Shown here piece by piece: positions 30,501 through 39,400 of a DNA stretch of 64,000 bases (positions are counted from its first letter, which is position 1; the number at the start of each line of letters is the position of its first letter). Source of the DNA: a virus (Duplodnaviria > Caudoviricetes). The position numbers were made by a program, and so were the translations under genes. The stretch covers positions 39,159 through 103,158 of the IMG/VR virus record IMGVR_UViG_3300030095_006840; one strand, written 5' to 3'. Below the pieces are notes generated by a model. It saw nothing but the letters and a program-made list of their open reading frames with translations. It did no database searches and was not told the origin of the DNA.

Positions 30501-32620
30501 CACTGGAGTGGGAAAAGAAACAATATGAAGATTTTATAGCCGATATAAATTTAATCTTAACAAAAGCAGGATATGCACTTTCGGGAACTGGCCCTCAACA
30601 ATATGGCAACCCTACAGTGGCAGAAAAAATTGATGCTCTTTTAAATAATGTTGATTCTAGCGAATTAAGTTCATTTTGCTTAAAAGTTTTGAAAAATGCA
30701 TATGATTCGTTAGTGGCCGCAAATGGCCCACCCGAAAGAATAAGAAAAATTCAAACCGCTCTAGAAGCTTTTGCAAAACAAGACTTTGTAGCCAATAAAG
30801 AGTTGTATGGAGAAATAATCGAAAAATATGAAACAGATTGGATTCCAGAAATGCGAGAAATCAAAAAAAGCTTTGAGTTGGCTGAAGAGCAAAGAAACTG
30901 CATGGTCGAACCAGCCAAAGCAATCGCAGCAAATGGTAGAGAAAAAAGAAATGATATGCTTGTTCCGCCAACTTTGGATGTTTCAAATGGAAACATTATC
31001 TTAGAGCCATACATTCGTGTAGAAGATTATGGCAGAACAGAGAATTTTGAACTTATTCCGAACAAAGAATACATCGAAATAGATCGTGATGATTCAACAA
31101 GAGGTGTTGTGAATATCGATAAGTTCGATAAATTCATGAAGGAAAAATTTGAAGGTAAACTGAATACATTACCAGTTATAAAACCTGCAACATCAGTTGA
31201 AGAACAGCAAAACTTATTCCAAGAAGATTGCGGAACCGGTCTTCCATCCAGAACAGAAGCTACACCCGAAAATACAACTCAATCACAAAAGCATCAATTA
31301 AGAGATTATTTCAAGAATCTTCATTTTGGCTTGCGAGTATCTTTACTTTCAAAACCAGAAGATTTTTCAGATCCACTTAAGCGTCCAGAAGATTTTGTTG
31401 ATGGAGGTGATCGCACTAATGCTAAATTAGAAAAAACATATTATATGAAGGAACAAAAAGGTGCTCAAGAGAGGAATATATATTTGACACCGCTTACCTC
31501 CGTGGAGATCCCAATTGGTATGCTCACAGACATCGAATCTTTGTTCCCAGAAGGTGGATTTTCTATTGTTTCTCCAGAAAAATTAGCAGAACAAGTGTGT
31601 GGCCAAGCATCGCCTACCGAACAAGAACAAGTTCAAAAAGTTGGCTATTTTAGGTATTTATTCTCTCAACCTAAACAAAGGGATGGTGAGGTCGTACCCC
31701 TATCAAGCCCACAGAATGTCCTGCAAAGACAAATGCAAGAAACTGATGATTATGCTTTACTGTTTAAGTATATATTTTCTCTGGACAGGATGTTGTCCTT
31801 GACTAATTTATATTCAGCTTCATATTTGTCAACGTTGCCTGATATAAATAATTTATTTGCCCCCTCCAAAGAAAGTGTGATGTATATCTTCTTGAATTCC
31901 TTAAGGAGTGGAAAATGGGCAGACGCATGTCAAACAGGAAACAAAGACTTATTGGATGCGCTTCTTAATGGGATTACCCCTCCTTGGGCTGCATTACTTA
32001 ATTTAACTTTGAAATTCCCACTTAAGATATTCAAGGCATATATTGAACAAACAGACATAAACATTGCAATTTCTCAAAATATTAAAAAAGCCATCCAAAT
32101 GATGAACTCCATAATTGCGACTTCTCAACGTCAATTGAACGCTCTTAATCAAGCTGGTGCAGCAGCAATTGCACAAGGTGAGTCGCTGTTGGGGACTGAA
32201 ATAAGTACAACAGAGTGTGGTTTTGGAATTCATTCGCCGGAATCAACTCGTAAACCACCAAATGATTGGTTTAATCCAGTTCGTGAGACATTTATATACG
32301 AACCAGAAACTTGGATGATTGGTTTAGCACTGCTTCCTGCCACAATTTTTGCGCCTTGGCTTTGGGGTCCACCTGTTGGAACAACACCAGGCGGTTTTCC
32401 TGGAGTCCTGTATTGGGTCTTAGATGATAGTAATATTAATTGGCTAGATTCATATGTGGACGATTTCACCAAGCAACTGGCAAACAATCCAGATCCCGAT
32501 TATAATGAACAAATTGATGAACCTTGCGATGTTGATTACCAATTAGAATTTGGGATTGGTGATGATATGGCCAATAACAACAACAATGGTTCTGGTAATG
32601 ATGGAGGTTCAACTTATTAG
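24593..32620 (+). CDS. Giant (~2,675 aa) putative virion protein
   Basis: Uninterrupted ORF between the spike-like and gp25-like genes, with amphipathic/hydrophobic helices. Start placed at ATG 24593, after the upstream stop. Confidence 0.7.
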   Translation: MADNKKVKSLVTVNWTSLDNTSEPFYQAASGSHPDRYSVTVVSKHETTGGPHLQNRMNQAKEPGLSRILKYYSKVGNDKLHEDVITEDYYVSSRPKAKMKILISLPCSTLDGLGTQTKQKNLDSLGPVTSQIDLNTYDLSEKVESAVSLINKYSAEINQFYGRVYGIDFTEETTSLQGFIPALSTFMADNNINYSRSNSDLISLYINDDYKVLMSKVNQGSGYVDLIKGYENFVENDSVNNDRTIFFLSKLDEMQKLAIQNTPLSWSKFLKEYVYRTPEIDFSQPPPRSYWTKKPVHDRIMKEERAKVQTKEEVTNFRFFLNTPEVRQEIQAQLDVANSFVGDTVLANLNSLSSKTREIEAMYNEFFDKLGLNGLINSAIQCLDLPRIGVFDVPTDVLDTLTEATKTIQSIFDPPNISLPSDYPIADFMLDLFANIIETIVTTIVQALWQLLIEIIKSLFDFCNDCAGAGGSEVNFGGQGITDLIGKSIGANLAASGPSIVLGSFYSAVQDNAIGDAELLAQTVLKNSVKSREKIYTLEAAQVFQKYQSGEMSKPNRLALEKKVEEAALSGNYFIAEAQKVVPTRVTEERIKILLEKDEPWERTEVFKSASDEITEYLETVSTVLTPSEVGNALLGCNLGDEPKQVMRDVLPQFPNLQLVLSGMSPKETDDNVSRFMGGFSSILPEKSIVDNLAATLNTIPEKFDCLCDADDSALREQILSKKDPEMTPQQVKEQVAKSKQRKKQRITEFAKMLNNDNILDGVVPPLVCSGTYDENGNAIITRGVLPVSHPVTQLMINQTIDTIYDPLHTTFSRDLQGMIPAFSQRPLLHEEVDRTVEIEVDGEEIRILNPSFVDMVNKGMASWGSLPNGSAIPGSKKPKDDGFDPADPDEEYTKGTEVKEYNRFIGFFDSDYLNPYGAGMWDEGQSRPTPEQEYEWERVNKLYNTGGRTISSTNESAQVTLENGGVQSTRTVEFGEKYNSAGNTVPATISDYAKAFGESPIPVKDYKFGELDYAPGLKNSYVNMCRNLNTSNSTVSTDIFKIQPKPDHTKTDYSFKMPNLFKSYGVDFDKIADNVGKLSGELSLGGVNRTINGDSLGQVANQLKALAASELNFVYSPNNNDGTSNLQKDEFSLDLNILSTPANNSSGSAQKLDSAINFSGPPTAAQINTKAVKVIESKELASTRKPADTSKPVQPQEGYFYDFAKDAMINANTVYRNGQPIQRQRNESVPPSLQDGFLHSTEENTYVNFLYDEETYKNIFVDLFCAFTNQISESPYFNLKPDDLGRGLKNVNLTPTRIVGNDALCYRTLLDVDLIKDRIFDEYEYVKCFKDAFGLNNVDFDPTGLIGNRNSAFEISNRAGCILLTIRLYVVEYLLRSISTFHYFTLGNKTDIDATSVYYLYHQIVDGLISRSVGTEYYRAFQTETIELYNRNNQTSKLSLEYEVRDHPQVPEYKLYVYKDFRTALEYFIKNQMASVSRRLSKHVKLKGDGSPHSILIEKWLPTVEPPQEEGEIRFADPVTLENKTLGNYMEVADIQELSGDILAALGPNGTLTKKKIEFIRGTPSPTGGFSGMLYEYPTGYFFREYFGLNPTNDKSLQTPALEGKNYKEARSAMDRANNALWPSNVWSNIGWVKTGNPSFRPIQAWREAINLGYDRSPYYSRSDEMDEVNNNNRMGNMGKAGFPYDFAANVSPAKTITPGKTVKQGAFPFGVSQAEKEGMVGNDGGLLRFFEAAKNWTLGPIPSANRPRYNDPQDQGNEVRALGIESEEGTLRTKNPEYCLWRPNNLPWWWDQDYHQPSSVTSEANRAAFLQSARYYGPGSLLWAMSKEREASYSIFGNGRDQGGRSNGVGAFGMVNDLQTRGTDLAGSVDWPEEYKRNIPTIDGRIIPGQTYKTNSFNGYLIPFMVDWHNYVLGKAGTPGISPEQPDYTECGTCGWTRNTESALRRLELNEIPYISLMDLDVTAITRTLEWEKKQYEDFIADINLILTKAGYALSGTGPQQYGNPTVAEKIDALLNNVDSSELSSFCLKVLKNAYDSLVAANGPPERIRKIQTALEAFAKQDFVANKELYGEIIEKYETDWIPEMREIKKSFELAEEQRNCMVEPAKAIAANGREKRNDMLVPPTLDVSNGNIILEPYIRVEDYGRTENFELIPNKEYIEIDRDDSTRGVVNIDKFDKFMKEKFEGKLNTLPVIKPATSVEEQQNLFQEDCGTGLPSRTEATPENTTQSQKHQLRDYFKNLHFGLRVSLLSKPEDFSDPLKRPEDFVDGGDRTNAKLEKTYYMKEQKGAQERNIYLTPLTSVEIPIGMLTDIESLFPEGGFSIVSPEKLAEQVCGQASPTEQEQVQKVGYFRYLFSQPKQRDGEVVPLSSPQNVLQRQMQETDDYALLFKYIFSLDRMLSLTNLYSASYLSTLPDINNLFAPSKESVMYIFLNSLRSGKWADACQTGNKDLLDALLNGITPPWAALLNLTLKFPLKIFKAYIEQTDINIAISQNIKKAIQMMNSIIATSQRQLNALNQAGAAAIAQGESLLGTEISTTECGFGIHSPESTRKPPNDWFNPVRETFIYEPETWMIGLALLPATIFAPWLWGPPVGTTPGGFPGVLYWVLDDSNINWLDSYVDDFTKQLANNPDPDYNEQIDEPCDVDYQLEFGIGDDMANNNNNGSGNDGGSTY

Positions 32621-32639
32621 GTAATAATGTGACGATGCT

Positions 32640-32647
32640 CTAATTAT
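32640..32647 (+). promoter_or_regulatory. Putative phage late promoter CTAATTAT
   Basis: Intergenic, 25 nt upstream of the ATG. Same motif at 14694, 33051 and (as CTATTTAT) 53575, 55722, 63075. Confidence 0.5.
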
Positions 32648-32664
32648 TACAAGAGGAACACAAC

Positions 32665-33054
32665 ATGTCTTTTTTGACCCCCAAACTGCCACTCACAAGA
32701 AACAAAACAACTGGATACAAACTTATTGATGACTATGTTGCTCTGGTAAAGCAAAATTTTAAAAATCTTTTGTTGACAGTTCCTGGCGAAAGAATAATGA
32801 ATCCAAATTTTGGAGTGGGGTTGAAAAAATTTTTATTTGAAAACGATAATCCTCTCATATATGATTCTGTAGCAGAGCAAATTTATAATCAAGTAAATAA
32901 ATATTTGCCGTATCTTCGTATAAACGATATTATCTTTAATTCATTTGAATATGACGATAGTTTACCACCAAACACTTTGGCTGTGAGAGTAGAATATCGT
33001 ATCGTTCCTTTGGAATTAGATGATGCTATTGATATTACGGGCGTTATTAACTAA
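32665..33054 (+). CDS. Baseplate wedge protein, T4 gp25/GPW-like
   Basis: QNFKNLLLTVPGERIMNPNFGVGLKKFLFE…YLPYL. Confidence 0.88.
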   Translation: MSFLTPKLPLTRNKTTGYKLIDDYVALVKQNFKNLLLTVPGERIMNPNFGVGLKKFLFENDNPLIYDSVAEQIYNQVNKYLPYLRINDIIFNSFEYDDSLPPNTLAVRVEYRIVPLELDDAIDITGVIN

Positions 33055-33058
33055 TTAT
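33051..33058 (+). promoter_or_regulatory. Putative phage late promoter CTAATTAT
   Basis: 27 nt upstream of the gp6-like ATG, followed by a GAGGA RBS. Confidence 0.5.
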
Positions 33059-33077
33059 TGATAGAAGAGGAAGTAGA

Positions 33078-34880
33078 ATGACAAGAAAAAAACAATATCC
33101 CGCAATCAAGTACACATCCAGAGACTTTAATAGCATCAAGCAAGACTTGGTGGAATATGCTAAGAGATATTATCCTCACACATTTAAAGATTTTAGTGAA
33201 TCGGGCTTCGGCTCCATGATGCTTGATACGGTGGCTTATGTGGGCGACATTCTTTCATTTTACTTAGATTATGAAGTCAATGAAACTTTCTTGGATACAT
33301 CCATCGAATATAATAATGTTTTAAGACTTGGAAAACAAATGGGCTTCAAATTTAAGGGAGTGCCCATTTCCCGAGGTCTGGCAGAAATGTTTATAATTAT
33401 CCCAGCAAACTCTCGCGGAGATCAGCCAGATCCGGATTACATACCTATCCTTAAAAAAGGAAGCGTGTTTTCATCTGATGATGGGATCGCATTTACACTC
33501 AATGAGGATGTAAATTTTGCAGATCCTGACAACGAAACAGTTGTTGCGGCAGTTAATTCTGATAATGGAAACATTATTTCATACGCAATCAAGGCAGTGG
33601 GCGAAGTAATTTCAGGACAAAGATATGAAGAAAAGGTCATTGTTGGAGATTTCCAAAAGTTTTTACGAGTAAAACTAGCTGGCTCAAATATTTCTGAAAT
33701 TTTATCGGTTGAAGATGATCTTGGGAATGAATATTATGAAGTCGATTATCTTTCTCAAGATGTTGTTTATCGAGATTTAATTAACAATGGAGCTAATAAA
33801 AAAACAACACCAAATGTTTTGAGGCCATTAGCAGTCCCCCGAAGATTCACATCAGAGCTTATGGAAGGTGAAACCTATTTACAGTTTGGTTTTGGTTCTG
33901 AAAAAGACGTTACAGTAGATCCACTTTTGGATCCGAGCAAGACTATATTAAAAGTTCATGGAAAAGATTACTTTTCTGATGTTTCTTTTGATCCATCAAA
34001 TCTTGTAAGTACGGATAAATTTGGAGTTGCTCCGAGTAATACAACCTTGACAATAGGTTACTTAGCGAATACTTTATCAGAAGTCAACATCGCAGCCGGT
34101 GGTTTATCAAATGTTGTTGGTCCCCTGTTTGAATTTGGGAACATTAATACTTTGGTAAATTCAAAAGTTTCGGATGTTATTAATTCAATGGAAGTAAACA
34201 ATCAAGAAACCATCACAGGGGATGTCACCTATCCATCTATTGATGAATTGAAAGAACGAATATATAATGTTTTTGCATCTCAAAATCGAGCAGTGACAGC
34301 ACTAGATTACAAGTCAATGTGCTATGCAATGCCTACAAAATATGGAGCGATTAAGCGAGCAAATGTGATAAAAGATCCGGGCTCACTTAAGAGGAATCTG
34401 AATGTTTATGTTTTATCTGAAGATGTAGATGGTAATTTTATAACTGCAAACTCTACGATAAAAGAAAATTTAAAACACTGGCTAAATCAAGGTAGGATGA
34501 TAAATGATACGGTTGATATTATAGACGCAAAGGTAATAAATGTCGGCATCGAGTTTGATGCGATTTCAACTCCCGAATCAAACCCATTTGAAGTTCTTAA
34601 TGAGGCTGCGGCGAGTTTAAGTGTTTATTATGAAAGAAAGTTTGAAATTGGTGAACCTTTCTATATAGGGGAAATATTCTCCCACTTGAATCGTTCGCCT
34701 GGGATTTTAGACGTAACCCGCGTAAAGGTTACACAAAAAACAGGTTTGGGGTATTCAAACAGCGTCTTATTTAATGTAGATGACAATATGTCGGTAGATG
34801 ATCGCTACATTGTGGTCCCTAATAATGCAGTTTTAGAAATCAAATATCCATCACAAGATATTAAAGGAAGTATTCGATAA
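33078..34880 (+). CDS. Baseplate wedge protein, T4 gp6/baseplate J-like
   Basis: YTSRDFNSIK…DFSESGFG…AYVGDILSFYLD…ETFLDT, LQFGFG, SQNRAVTALDY. Confidence 0.88.
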   Translation: MTRKKQYPAIKYTSRDFNSIKQDLVEYAKRYYPHTFKDFSESGFGSMMLDTVAYVGDILSFYLDYEVNETFLDTSIEYNNVLRLGKQMGFKFKGVPISRGLAEMFIIIPANSRGDQPDPDYIPILKKGSVFSSDDGIAFTLNEDVNFADPDNETVVAAVNSDNGNIISYAIKAVGEVISGQRYEEKVIVGDFQKFLRVKLAGSNISEILSVEDDLGNEYYEVDYLSQDVVYRDLINNGANKKTTPNVLRPLAVPRRFTSELMEGETYLQFGFGSEKDVTVDPLLDPSKTILKVHGKDYFSDVSFDPSNLVSTDKFGVAPSNTTLTIGYLANTLSEVNIAAGGLSNVVGPLFEFGNINTLVNSKVSDVINSMEVNNQETITGDVTYPSIDELKERIYNVFASQNRAVTALDYKSMCYAMPTKYGAIKRANVIKDPGSLKRNLNVYVLSEDVDGNFITANSTIKENLKHWLNQGRMINDTVDIIDAKVINVGIEFDAISTPESNPFEVLNEAAASLSVYYERKFEIGEPFYIGEIFSHLNRSPGILDVTRVKVTQKTGLGYSNSVLFNVDDNMSVDDRYIVVPNNAVLEIKYPSQDIKGSIR

Positions 34881-36412
34881 TGGCACTTAGAAGATACACT
34901 GCAACAAAAGATAATGTAATTACAAACGCATTTAAATCTAATTTAATAACTCGTGGAACAGGAAGCAATATGGGGCTTTCAGATTCTGTTGAGGTGTTTT
35001 CGATCTATGCTCAAGCAAATTCTTCCTCTAATGAGCAAGCTAAAACATTAGTTCAGTTTCCAGTCCTTACGAGCGACACTACTACCCCTAATAGTCTTTA
35101 CACGATTCAAGGTGATCGAAACAATAATAAAATTCCTGCAAGTGGAAGTGTTGATTTTTATTTAAGAGTCTTTAATGTTGCAACTGATCAAACTTTACCA
35201 CGCGATTTTACCATGGTTGTTTCGCCAATTTCACAATCTTGGCAAGAAGGTTATGGTTTGGACATGGAAAATTATTCGGACCTAACTTATGATGGAACCG
35301 GTTCAAACTGGATTAATGCATCTGCTCACACAAAATGGCAACATGGTGGTGGAGTAACTCTTGAGGGTGGCTCATTTCTGAGCGCATCGTGGATGGGAGC
35401 AAATTCATCGCTTTATGATGAATTTAACTTTACGCAAAATTTCGTCGATGGAACAGAAGATTTAGAGATAAAAATTACTGGTTTGGTAGAAAAATGGTTG
35501 AAGGGCGAGTATTCAAATTATGGCGTCGGCCTTATGCTCACATCAAGCCAAGCCAGTGGCAGCCGATCATATTACAATAAACGGTTCTCTGCGCGAGAAA
35601 GTGAATATTTCTTTAAACGACCCATTATTGAGGCAAGGTGGGATAATTCCACACAAGATAATAGGGGAAATTTTTATCTCTCAAGCTCTGTACTGAGTGG
35701 AGAAAACAATCTTAACACCATTTATCTCTACAATTATTACAGAGGTCAACCCACCAACATCAATGGTATTGGAACTGATGCCATTTATCTTTCAGTCTTC
35801 ACATCGGCCAGCGGAGGCGAAGAGCTTACTGTAACACCACAAAGCCCTGTTACAGGAGGTTATGTTTCTACAGGAGTCTATAGTGCGTCTTTCGCCCTAA
35901 ATACAACCGCATCACTAGTGCATGATCGTTGGTTCAGTGCTTCTGCAAATAATGGAATCGATGCGGCAAGCTCAATCGTTTATCATACAGGATCATTTAG
36001 GCCAAAACAATTTGTGGCTTCTAATGTGTATTCTATTCCTCGATACGTTACTACAATCACTAATTTGACAGATGAGCTTTCCAACAATGATATTGCAAGA
36101 TTACGACTCTTTACACGATTAAAAGATTGGAGTCCAACTATTTACACTATAGCATCTCAAGAGATTGAAAATGATTATATTGAAAATGCTTACTATAAAG
36201 TTTATCGAGAAGTTGACAACTATGAAGTTATTGCTTACGGAACTGGAAGTGAAAAGCACACAAGATTATCATACGATGCGACAGGAAGTTATTTTGATTT
36301 AGATGTACGAATGTTGGAACCCGGTTATTCTTATGGTATTAAATTTCTTTATTATGTAAATAATGCATATGAAGAACAACCAGAATCTTTTACATTTCGT
36401 GTAGTAGAGTAA
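34880..36412 (+). CDS. Virion structural protein with DNRLRE-like domain
   Basis: ATKDN…TLVQF…SQSWQEG…W…GG…IKITGLVEKWL…NYGVGL…FSARES…PIIE pattern. Confidence 0.55.
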   Translation: MALRRYTATKDNVITNAFKSNLITRGTGSNMGLSDSVEVFSIYAQANSSSNEQAKTLVQFPVLTSDTTTPNSLYTIQGDRNNNKIPASGSVDFYLRVFNVATDQTLPRDFTMVVSPISQSWQEGYGLDMENYSDLTYDGTGSNWINASAHTKWQHGGGVTLEGGSFLSASWMGANSSLYDEFNFTQNFVDGTEDLEIKITGLVEKWLKGEYSNYGVGLMLTSSQASGSRSYYNKRFSARESEYFFKRPIIEARWDNSTQDNRGNFYLSSSVLSGENNLNTIYLYNYYRGQPTNINGIGTDAIYLSVFTSASGGEELTVTPQSPVTGGYVSTGVYSASFALNTTASLVHDRWFSASANNGIDAASSIVYHTGSFRPKQFVASNVYSIPRYVTTITNLTDELSNNDIARLRLFTRLKDWSPTIYTIASQEIENDYIENAYYKVYREVDNYEVIAYGTGSEKHTRLSYDATGSYFDLDVRMLEPGYSYGIKFLYYVNNAYEEQPESFTFRVVE

Positions 36413-36416
36413 TAAT

Positions 36417-39400
36417 ATGGCTGATATTAAAAAACTTTTTGAAAAAAATAAAGTAGGCGGCATATTGTCCGATGCTACTGTAAAAGAAGTTGGCAAAAAA
36501 GTAGAGTCAGCCGATTATGTAGTCAGCAATCTTAAAGAAAAAAACCGATTCATTCCTTATATAAATTTTGCATCAGCCTCTAACTTCGCTAGATATGGTT
36601 CTGCTCAAAAATATTATCAAGATGCAATACATCACATCATCAATGAATATCCTTATGATGGTTCGTTGAGAGAAAGGATTGATTGGAGACTTAGCGCATC
36701 TTATTTAGACCTCCATATGTTTGATTATGAATATCCTCGAACAAATGGGTATATTTTATTCGGAAAAACTTATGGAACACCAGTGGCCGATGGTGGTGGT
36801 TATGATACATTTTCTGCAACACAACAAGAATATATTTTTATTAAAGGCTCTCCACACCCATCAACTGGTTCAGGGGACTTAAGATCAAATTGGAAAGAGT
36901 ATAATATCTATAACACTTCAAGTTTGGGTCGATATAATCTTGAAATTGATGGAAATAATGGATTAACGCTTGAATTTTGGCTGAACAAAGAAGATTATAG
37001 TAGCGCCAACGAATCGGCAAAAGAGGTTGTTTTTGATTTATGGAATAGTGGTGCATATGGAACTAATAATTATGGCCGTTTTCGTGTTGAATTAACCGGT
37101 GGAGCCACCACCAATGTGCTGGAGCCTGTCTTCAACATCGAACTTCGATCAGGCTCAACAGGATTTTCATATAGAGATGATCTCCTTGGCCCACACAGCA
37201 CAACTGTTTCCCTAAGCTCTAGCACACCATTAACAGGTGCTTGGAACCATTTTGCTTTATCTTTCAAGAACAGTGGCGCACAAATGCAAGGACAGTTATT
37301 TCGAAATGGCATCCTTGAACATACGTTATTAACAGGTTCCAGCATTGGCTCAGTTACAGGTTCAATGATCGCAACTATTGGTTCTTTGGTTGCGAATGTC
37401 TCGGGAACATATGGAGCAAAAAGCGCGGCCAAACTATCAGCATCTTTAGATGATTTCAGATATTGGCGAAGGGTTCGGTCAACAGAACAAGTTAAAAAGT
37501 ATTGGTTTACCGATGTTGGTGGCGGAACCAACAGTGATATTCAGAATGCAGCAACTGCATCTACAAAATATAGCTACGAAAACCCACTAGATCTTGGTCT
37601 TTATTATAAATTTAATGAAGGTATTATAAACGATACACAGACAGACTCGCAAGACTCTGTTGTACTCGATTATTCCGGGCGAACCACAAATGGAGGCTGG
37701 ACAGGATATTCTGTGGGGTCTAGATTTACTGGCTCGGCTATAGTGCTTTCTAACGCTGCAACAAAAGAGTTTAAGGATCCTATTATTTATGCTAATCATC
37801 CCGAAGTTACAAGCCTAAGCGTTACAAAAAGTGCTGAAGGTTTTGCTTATGATCAGCAAAATAATGCAAGCGTTTACAATTCTTTTCCGTCATGGATTAT
37901 AGAAGAAGACGAGGCTAATAACGCTAATGTGTTAAAAGATTTAACACAAATAATGGGAAGTTATTTTGATACACTTCAACTTCAAATCGAGTCTATCCCT
38001 AAATTAAAAGATGTTATATATCCTAGCGGCAGTTATAAACCTTATCCATTTGCCAATCGATTAGTTGATAATTTAGGTCTTGTATCTTCAGAAGTTTTTG
38101 AAAATGCAAATGCTTTAGAGTACCTGGCATCAAGAGATGAACACCGTTTATATAATGAAAAATTAAATGAAACAAAAAATCTTATATATCAAAACATTTA
38201 TAATAACTTAATTTACATCTTTAAAACCAAAGGTACAGAAAAGTCATTCCGTAATCTAATAAGATGTTATGGTATTGATGATGAGCTTGTTAAGTTAAAC
38301 CTTTACGGCAGCAATATCACTTATGAACTTAGGAACAATGGTAATGATAGGGTTGTAAAAAAGAATTACGTTGATTTTCACAAATCAACCCGATTCCATG
38401 CCACAGTTTTCCAACAAACTTCAAGTGCAAACTCTAATAGTAGATCTTATGTAAGTTCAAGTAACCAAGTCACCTTCAGAGGGAATACATACGAAGCTGA
38501 GGCAATTTTTCCAAAACCGTTAAACCCTGCAAGTAAAAATTATGTAGAAAATGACTTTCTTGTTTCCTCACTTTACGGATGTCACACTCTTGGAACTTCA
38601 AACAATTGGGCAACATCTGATGTCGGAAATTTTCAAGTCGCAGCCGTTAAGCCCAAAATAGGCTCTTCCGATGCTTATTTTCAATTAACGGGAACCGCAG
38701 GAGGCTATTTCCCACTATTAACCAGTAGTTTATTTACAAACGTTTACAGTGATTCAAAGTGGAATTTTGCTGTTAAAATCAAGCCTATGAAATATCCATT
38801 AGCCGATGGTGTTAGTGGGAGTGATACGGGCAATTATGATGTAGAATTTTGTGGCTATAATTATATTTCTGATATTTTACAAAACAGCTTTGAAGTAAGC
38901 ACAACTATGAGTTCTGATGGTGCTGCCAAGTTTTTAACTGCAAATAAAAGATTTTTCGCTGGCGCACATAGGACAAATTTTGATCGAGCAGTGTTGCAAC
39001 AAGCAGACACTCGAATCTCATCTGTTCGTGTTTGGATGGATTATTTAAAGAATGAGACAATTCAAGCACATGCAAAAGACGTTGAAAATTTCGGCTCAGA
39101 GTATCCTTATAAAAACGCTTACATATCACAATTAAGCAAATCTTTAGGGGATCAATTTGTTCAAATACCACAAATGGAAACCCTTGTTCTTGATTGGAAC
39201 TTTGATACTCTAACTGGCTCAAACCCATCAGGCGAATTTATAGTTCAAGATTTTTCTTCTGGCTCCACTAACTTGACAAGTAGGTGGGGATGGCTAGGTC
39301 CAATCGCAAAATATCAGCACACAGGTTTTGGCTATGATTTTGAAGCCAACGACACTGGTTCCATTAGTCGAGAATCCCTGAATTCCTTCAAACAACAATT

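Noticed and set aside
32570-32620. AAC repeat / NNNNNGSGNDGG tail as a DGR-type or functional repeat
   Set aside because: Short low-complexity C-terminal tail, with no second copy or reverse transcriptase in the window.
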